A stretch of DNA of 64,000 nt from assembly GCA_964016885.1 (NCBI GenBank), contig OZ024740.1:210738001-210802000 (forward strand), read 5' to 3'. Source of the stretch: Eledone cirrhosa. Its lineage: Eukaryota. Under the pieces are notes generated by a model, which worked only from the letters and a program-made list of their open reading frames with translations, ran no database searches and was not told where the DNA came from. Each line of letters opens with the position of its first letter. Within the stretch, counting starts at the first letter, position 1. Positions 56,565-64,000 of the stretch are shown in pieces. Position numbers and translations under genes: made by a program.

Positions 56565-56770
56565 TTCGTCAAATCGGACCGAGGGAACAATGTTTCCGTT
56601 GGTCTTTCCAATTGCTAATACTATCTATCGGTCGCAACTCCAGGTAGAAGGAGCAACGTGAAATAAAGTGTCTTGCTCAAGGACATAACGCATCGCCTGG
56701 TCCAGGAATCGAACTCACAACCTTACGATTGCGAATCCAATTCTCTAACCACTCAGCCACACGCCTTCAC
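56565..56770 (-). mobile_element. Second tRNA-derived SINE family (CORE/V-like domain)
   Basis: Minus strand tggctgagtggtt (A box), gagttcgattcc (B box), then tgtccttgagcaagacact. Confidence 0.7.
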
Positions 56771-56805
56771 ATATATATATATTGGTCATCAGACTAACTT
56801 AACTG

Positions 56806-56967
<162 letters not shown>

Positions 56968-57121
56968 TAATAAAAATAATGAATAAACAAAGAAACAGTT
57001 CCTTATATTAAAAAATTCATCATTTTACGATCGTTTCTAGGATATATATGTTAGTGTTGGTATGCATATCATATAGATCTATGTAAAATTTTTACAAACT
57101 ATCAATTCATCAATTCATGTA

Positions 57122-57183
57122 TTTTATCTGACGAGGACGTACTGAAAAAACAGCACAGTACCTTCGAAATATATATAATAAAA
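57122..57183 (+). ncRNA. Type I hammerhead ribozyme motif
   Basis: ttttat-CTGACGA-ggacgtactg...cagtaccttc-GAAA-tatata-TA-ataaaa. Confidence 0.7.
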
Positions 57184-57265
57184 CATATATTTTGATTATG
57201 TGAATGTTTTCATTTATTAATATTTTGAATAATATATATAAATATATATATATATATAGTGTGTA

Positions 57266-57370
<105 letters not shown>

Positions 57371-57443
57371 AGGTAATTCCGAAGAAAAAGCAAAGGAAAA
57401 AAGAGTGCTCTATGTATAGAACAGAGCTATTTAATTAGAAAGT

Positions 57444-57596
57444 GAACAACACAAAATTTAACTACTCCATTGCCAAACGTTTCAGGACCCTAGACAATAT
57501 TTTACATCTCTATCTGATGAACGAACTAGACGTATATTAATATTATCTAGGGTCCTGAAACCTTTGGTAATGGAGTAGTTATATTTTGTGTTGTTT
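57444..57596 (+). mobile_element. Fold-back element with a hammerhead motif (57510-57573) spanning loop and right arm
   Basis: Arms ~57444-57500 / 57540-57596; ctat-CTGATGA-...ctaga..tctag...-GAAAC-ctttg-GTA-atgg. Confidence 0.7.
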
Positions 57597-57602
57597 ACTT
57601 AC

Positions 57603-57722
<120 letters not shown>

Positions 57723-57799
57723 GAGCGAGGTAGGTAGGGAAAGAGAGAGAGAGAGAAAAGTAAAATCTATCTATCTGAAATATATCTATCTCTCTATCT

Positions 57800-60700
57800 A
57801 TATGAAAAAACTGTTAAACATTGTGTACAACAACAATTTAGTAAAAACCCAAGGGCCTAACTTTACCCAGGAAGGGGATTTCCCCCACCTCAAAATGAGT
57901 AAGGCCCCCAGAGGACACATATAAAACACTAAAAAACAACTTTAAAGACGACGTGCACCCCCCTCCGCGTCGGGCCCATTAACCGCGTCCTCCTAAAAAA
58001 CTTCCCCACTCCCTCCCCAATCACCCACACAACTCCAAACACCCCAATCACACAACACACTGATGCCCCCACACTTCCACAAACCACCACCCCACCCAAC
58101 AACCCATCCCCTACCCTCATGGAAATTGTGCAGCCCGTTACCCGGGACGCAGAGAGGTAAGTGCCTTTTCTCTTCACCCACAACATGGCTATGCTAAGAG
58201 TAGGCTGTCTAAATGCGCGTGGCCTGAGCTCAACTTGGAAGCAAGCAATGCTTCTAAATGACCTCAGGTCACAACGTATAGATGTGATGGTTATTTGCGA
58301 GGCCCGGATCAGCAAAGTGCGACAGCTGGCCCCCACCTCTGATGACTTTGAGATGCACGCATCTCTCTGTCAGCCCGGAGGTGGGGGTGGGATTGTCGTT
58401 CTGCTGCAAAAACATCTGGGTCTCGCAACACAGACGGTACATTTGGACCCGGAGGGTCGACTAGTGGTTCTGGACCTTGGCAGTGGTGAAGGCGGAGCGT
58501 TTAGGTTGGTAGCCATCTACGGCCCCTTCGGGTCAATGCGGCCGGACTTCTTCCATCGTCTGGAGACTTTTCTAGGGACATCCCGCTCCTTGCTATTAGT
58601 GGGGGACTGGAATGGTATCCTAGATGCACGTTGGGACTACGTAGGGGCCTGTCCCGATAGAGAGAGGTGTAATAGCCTCAAAGGGTTAATCGGTCGATTT
58701 GACCTGGCCGATAGATATCGACTAGATTTTCCGACTGTGCCAACCTGGACTTGGGTAAACCTTAGCGGATCATCTAGGTCGTACCTAGATAGGTTCTTAG
58801 TTAGAAATAAGGATAAGGACTTTTTAAGTTGTCCAAAAATGCGCATGGTTGGCTATTCAGACCACAAGTTAGTGACTTGCATGGTCAACCTTGACAGAAC
58901 GCATAGACAGGGACCCGGTTACTGGAAGCTCAACTTGTTCTTACCGGCAAGTAAGGCTTACAGGGACCGGATTAGCACTTTAGTTAAGGAGCGGTTGACG
59001 GGCGCCATCGTCAACAGCAGGTGGTGGGGATCTCTCAAAAGAGAGAATAGAGTAGTCTCTATAGAATTTAGTAAGGAGTTAGCCTCAAATAGAAATAGGA
59101 AGGAAGTTGGTAGATAGTGTAGAAGAGGCAATTAGAAGCGGCGACGTGGCCAGAGTGCTAGCGTTGAGAACGGCCCTGGGCCAGTTCTTCGACGCGAAAC
59201 ACGAAGGCCGCATCGTCCGAAGCAAAATACGGTCTTTGCGAGACCAGGATGGACGGGTGATCCTTGAACCTAAGCAGATGTGCGAGGCTTTTCAAAAGCA
59301 CTTTGCCAGATTGTTCGGAAGGGGCGGGGAGCCGGTTGGGGAAGTGGAATTCGGTCCATACCTCGACGGCCTGCCGCGTCTCTCGGACGGGGAGGCGAAG
59401 TCCTGAAAGAAGCCGATTTCAGCCGCTGAGATAGGGGACGTGCTGAGCCAATGCGGCAAATGCCAATCCCCGGGTCTCGATGGTCTTCCATACGAACTAT
59501 ATCTAGCTATGCCGGACTTGTTCCCCGATCTCCTCGAGGCGGTCTACTGCGACTGGCAACAGAACGGGAGAATTCCCTGTGCTGTGACCAAGGGCGTAGT
59601 CACGCTAGTGAGGAAGGACGAGAACAAGGGGGACGATATAAATAATTTCAGGCCCATAACTCTGCTAAATACAGAGTTACAGATTTTGGCCAAGGTGCTA
59701 GCAAAGAGGTTGGCGCTTGTCGTGGGAAACCTGGTGGGAGATGCGCAGACATGTGCTATACCGTCCAGGTCCATCCACGACAACCTCCACATCATGCGAT
59801 ACATCATAGAGAGGGTTGGGAACGAACCCGGCTTTGGTGGGGCCCTGATCAACTTGGATCAATCTAGAGCGTTCGATAGGGTCGACCATGGTTTCCTGGA
59901 TGCGGTGCTAGCGGCGGCAAGCTTCGGACCCGTTTTCAGGGGCTGGATCAATGCCATGCACAGCAGCCGCATCTGCTCTAGGGTCAAGGTGAACTGCTAT
60001 CTCTCAGAGCCGTTCGAAATCGCGCGGTCCATCCGACAAGGGTACCCTCTCTCCTCCCTTCTGTATGTAGTTACTCTAGAGCCACTGCTACGGAAGTTGG
60101 AGTTGTTGCAGGGCATCCCGTTGGAACCGGGATTGCGGAAAGCTGTGTCGGCCTACGCCGATGACGTAACAGTAATGGTGTCGACGGCCTCGGAAATCGG
60201 GGCGATCGGCACCTTACTGAAGGAGTACGAAAGGTTTACAGGGGCTAAGCTGAACCGGGACAAGTCGATCTGTCTGCAACTCGGCACGTGGAGGGGCAGA
60301 TCGATGCCCTCCGATGGCGTCGTCGGGCGCTGGACGGAGGGCCCGGTGAAGTTGCTCGGGGTCTGGTTCAGACCAGACCGCCAGGTGGAGAAGAACTGGG
60401 GTAAGGTAACGAACAGGGTGTTTGCACTGACCCAGAAGTGGGCCGAGTGCAAACTGTCCCTGAAAGGTCGGGCGGAGGTGGCGAACACTTATATAGCGGC
60501 CGTCATCTACTACCGCATGACCGTCGTGCCTTGCCCAAGGGAAACGCTCGCCAAAATGGAGCGCGCACTCTTCCAATTCCTTTGGAAGAAGCGGGCTCCT
60601 ATGGTGAGGAGATCCATCAGCTGTCAACACCCTTCGAAAGGAGGGCTAGGGATGCCGTGGATGATGATGCGTAAACGCGCATTAAGGCTACGGCACCTAC

Positions 60701-61802
60701 AGGTATTCCTCACCGGTCAACCGGTGTGGGCCCCGTTTGTGAGGCGAGCCTTTCCCAGACTCGTCTCGCTCACCGAGCTGCAATCCTGGGTCAAGCAAAG
60801 ACCGAGAAAACTGGGCGCCTGGCACACCGAGTGTGCCCAGGCGCTCACGGCTCTCTGGCAGGCGGATCCGGCTGTCAGTGGAGAATCCACCTCGTCATTC
60901 TATAGAGGGCAGGTGGTTAGCAGGTGCGACGGCGCTCTCGGAGAAGCCCTAGGCATGGAGGAAGACGAACTGGCCAACCTGATCGGTAGGACATTCAGCA
61001 CGGGACCCATGGATAACTTCCAGACGTCCCTGGCCTGGCAGTGCTACCGAGGGGCTCTGCCCGTTCGAGAAAGGCTCTACAGACACGGGCGCCCGGGTAG
61101 GGACCCTTCGAAAAAATCTGTCCCAGATGCGTGTGCGACGAGGAAACCGTTGCACACGCATTGGTACACTGCTCGGGCATTGCCGATTTGTGTGGCTATG
61201 TCGAACAACTACTGTATAGGGTGGGACCAGTCCGGTTGACCACCGAGTCTATTGTAATGATCAAGCCGCCTCCCCTCTTCAAAAACGAAGAAGAGGCGGT
61301 GTTTCTGTGCGTAATAGCCATGGCGAAAGAGGTTGTATGGTGGACGTGTCTGAAAGGACTGAGGTCAGACACCTTTCTCTCTGGCCAACAACTAGTCCGT
61401 TTCTTCCGATATCATTTCGGAAGAAGGATCAGGATGGAGAGAGAGGTGCTGCACCCCAGCCGTTTTTATGAAAGATGGGTGAAAGTGGCGAGAATGGCCC
61501 GTGTGAATGGGCCTTCACTCTACATCAGACTATAGGTGAGGAAGATGAAAGATCAAGGGAGCACCCCCCCCTCTGTGCTCCTGAGGAGAAGGGTTGCACA
61601 CTTTTTTCGGGGGTGTGTGCGACCCCCCAAGGCGCCTCCTCCCTATTGAGGATTTTGTTATTAAATTTATTTTTGTTATATTTTATATATTATTTTTATA
61701 TTTTGTTATTGCCTCCTCCTTATTGAGGACGCCTTTTTATGTAAACTCCCCCCATTGTACTTGTACCACTTTTTGATGCCCTGGTGGCAAATAAAAAGAA
61801 AG
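57800..61802 (+). mobile_element. Tx1/L1-clade LINE, 5'-truncated in ORF1
   Basis: ORF1 tail, then ORF2 from ATG 58185; 3' UTR ending ggtggcaaataaaaagaaa; TATC-like flanks. Confidence 0.9.
58185..61535 (+). pseudogene. LINE ORF2 (APE endonuclease + RT + C-terminal Cys/His motif), frameshifted
   Basis: LNARGL, GDWN, SYLDRF, SDH, GYWKLN; SPGLDGLP, FRPITLLN, DQSRAFDRVDH, RQGYPLS, AYADD, GGLG; CPRC..EETVAHALVHC; breaks near 59110, 59405 and 61110. Confidence 0.92.
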
Positions 61803-61811
61803 TTATATATC

Positions 61812-62342
61812 TGACCACCGAGTCCATTGTCATGATGAAACCGCCCTCCTTCAAAAACGAAGGGGAGCCGGTTTTCTTTTGTGTGATAGCTATGGCGAAA
61901 CAGGTTGTATGGTGGACAAGGTTGAAAGGGCTGAGGTCAGACACCTTTCTCTCCGGCCAACAACTGATTCTTTTTTTCAAATACCACTTTTGGAAGAAGA
62001 GTCAGGATGGAGAGAGGTGCTGTACCCCAGCAAATTTTATGAAAGGTGGGTGAAAGTGGCGAGAATGGCCCGAGTGAATGGACCTTCTCTCTATATCAGC
62101 CTGTAGGTTGAGGAAAAAGAGGAAGAGGGGAAAGGGGTACAAACTCTTCGTACTCCTGGAGATGAGGGTTGCCCATTTTTTCGGGGGTATGTGTTACCCA
62201 TATGTAATGTCTCCCCCTATTGGGGATATCGACTAATTTTTAAATTGCATTTGTGATAGTATTTTACACGTTTTTATTGTATGTAAACTTCCCCCTTTGT
62301 ATTTGTTCCCTTCTTTTGTGCCCCTGTGGCTAATAAAGAAAC
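61812..62342 (+). mobile_element. Second, diverged 3' fragment of the same Tx1-like family
   Basis: LTTESIVMMKPP...VVWWTRLKGLRSDTFLSGQQL parallels 61238-61535; ends gtggctaataaagaaa then (TATC)n. Confidence 0.9.
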
Positions 62343-62487
62343 ATATCTATCTATCTACCTATCTATCTATTTATCTATCTATAGTGTTGCATTAATTCTT
62401 TAGCCAATAATATTAATATCGTACTTTCAAACCAGAAACACCATATCTGTATCATCGCAGTGCTGTCCATTCGACTGATGGGTCAAA

Positions 62488-62542
<55 letters not shown>

Positions 62543-63188
62543 CATGTGTGTATGTATGTGTGAGTGTGAGTGTATGTACGTGTGTGTATGTGTGTGTGTG
62601 TATGTATATGTATATATGTGTATGTATGTGCGTATGTGTGTGTGAGTGTGTGTGTATGTATGTATGTGTGTATGTATGTGTGTGTGTATGTATGTATGTG
62701 TGTGTGTATGTGTGTCGGATTGTCTGACAGATCCTCATCCAATCAGGTTTCAGTGTGGCAGTAAAATAACACAGTCTAGTTTCCTATGTATTGACAGTGT
62801 CAGGTGGTTTCTGGTGGCGAGTTAATAGATGTTGGTGTCTAAAATAACAAAAGACAACATGGAGACGAAGGACAGAGGAGTGGGAAGAAGACACGAAAGA
62901 AGGAAGTCAGTAAAAAGAAAAGATCTCATCTTACTACTCTCAGTGTGCTCTTCCTTTTTCTAAGATGGTAGGGTCAGATATGTGAGAGATTTGGTTGCTA
63001 TTTCTAGCAGGTCATACAACCACACTTGCTCCTTCTTTCACTCTTCTCATTGGCTGTAATAATTGACATTTATAGCTGTTAACTTTGTTTTCATATGCAG
63101 TATGAAGTACTAAGTCAACCCTCACCCACCAAACACTTCATAGATAATGGCGTTCCAGCCATGGTCATCCAGTCATTTATTAAAACTA

Positions 63189-63492
63189 TAGTTGAACCTC
63201 GGTTCATGAACGCCTATCATTACGAACACATCGGTTCACGAACATAAATGATCTCGGCTCACGAATGGCATCTCGTGCAACGAACGTGCAAGCCGGCATT
63301 AACGGTTGGCAACAAACTGGGAGTATCGGCGGGAAAGGGTCACTTGCTGTCACTATGGTAACATCTATCTGTCTTTCATACACAGTCTCTCTCTCTCTGT
63401 ATTTCTCTCTTAACATTTCGTATGGGAAAATTAGTTTTGGCTTACGGACGGCCCTCAGGAATGAATTAAGTTCGTGAACCTAGGTTGCACTG
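63189..63492. mobile_element. pogo/Tigger-like MITE
   Basis: 23-bp imperfect TIRs (tagttgaacctcggttcatgaac vs cagtgcaacctaggttcacgaac, 18/23 identical) flanked by TA. Confidence 0.75.
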
Positions 63493-63629
63493 TACATTTT
63501 GTAATGTTCTTTCATTGGCTTATTGTATTCATTCGTTCTTGTTTAATTGTAAGTCAGCCCTAAGTGACTTACATCACATTGACTGCCATTACATCACTAG
63601 AATAATCGAAAATCACAGCCTCCAAACAG

Positions 63630-64000
63630 CATGATGTCCATCATAAACAATCAAAGAGCAGCTGAAGAGGCCTGGGCCATTGAGAAAATCAAACTCAACC
63701 CCAAAGTGTTCTTTTCATTTGAGAAAAAACACAAGATCACTGGCTCCACTGTTGGCCCTCTAATTGATGAAAATGGCATTCTCCAAAGTAATTCTAAAAC
63801 CATGGGTGAGATACTGCAGAAACAATACTGCTCTGTTTTCAGCAATCCTGATATTGCTCATCTGGGCTGTATCAGTGATGTTACTCCCCAACACACTATA
63901 TCGGACATAATGTTTGGCGCTCCTGATGTCTTAGCGGCAATAAACGAAACTAAACACAATTCAGCAGTAGGCCCCGATAGGTTCCCTGCTTGTGTCCTGA
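63630..64000 (+). mobile_element. CR1-like LINE ORF2 fragment running off the window end
   Basis: IKLNPKVFFSF...VGPLIDENG...MGEILQKQYCSVFS...SAVGPDRFPACVL. Confidence 0.75.

Overview
Eukaryotic, AT-rich, microsatellite-saturated DNA, probably cephalopod (octopus-like, inferred from the tRNA-derived SINE family and the (TA)n/(TAA)n density). Nearly all long 'ORFs' in the track are translations of simple repeats. Real coding remnants are retroelements: Penelope-like (Naiad-type RT + GIY-YIG), RTE, three tandem R4/Dong-like RLE elements, a CRE-like 3' end, a Tx1/L1-clade ORF2 with a duplicated 3' end, and a CR1-like fragment. Also present are ~12 SINE copies, a pogo/Tigger-like MITE, Helitron-like ends, several minisatellites, a 10.4-kb 49-bp G-rich satellite with a 2,733-bp higher-order duplication, and one candidate host exon (36443-36660, +). 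The most striking signal is a dense population of small (80-650 bp) non-coding elements inserted in (TA)n arrays. Many are fold-back palindromes, and at least 14 carry type I hammerhead ribozyme motifs read by eye. In four of five two-copy hairpins the inverted arm has a lesion in the catalytic core. All calls are by eye, with no alignment or folding software; boundaries are approximate.
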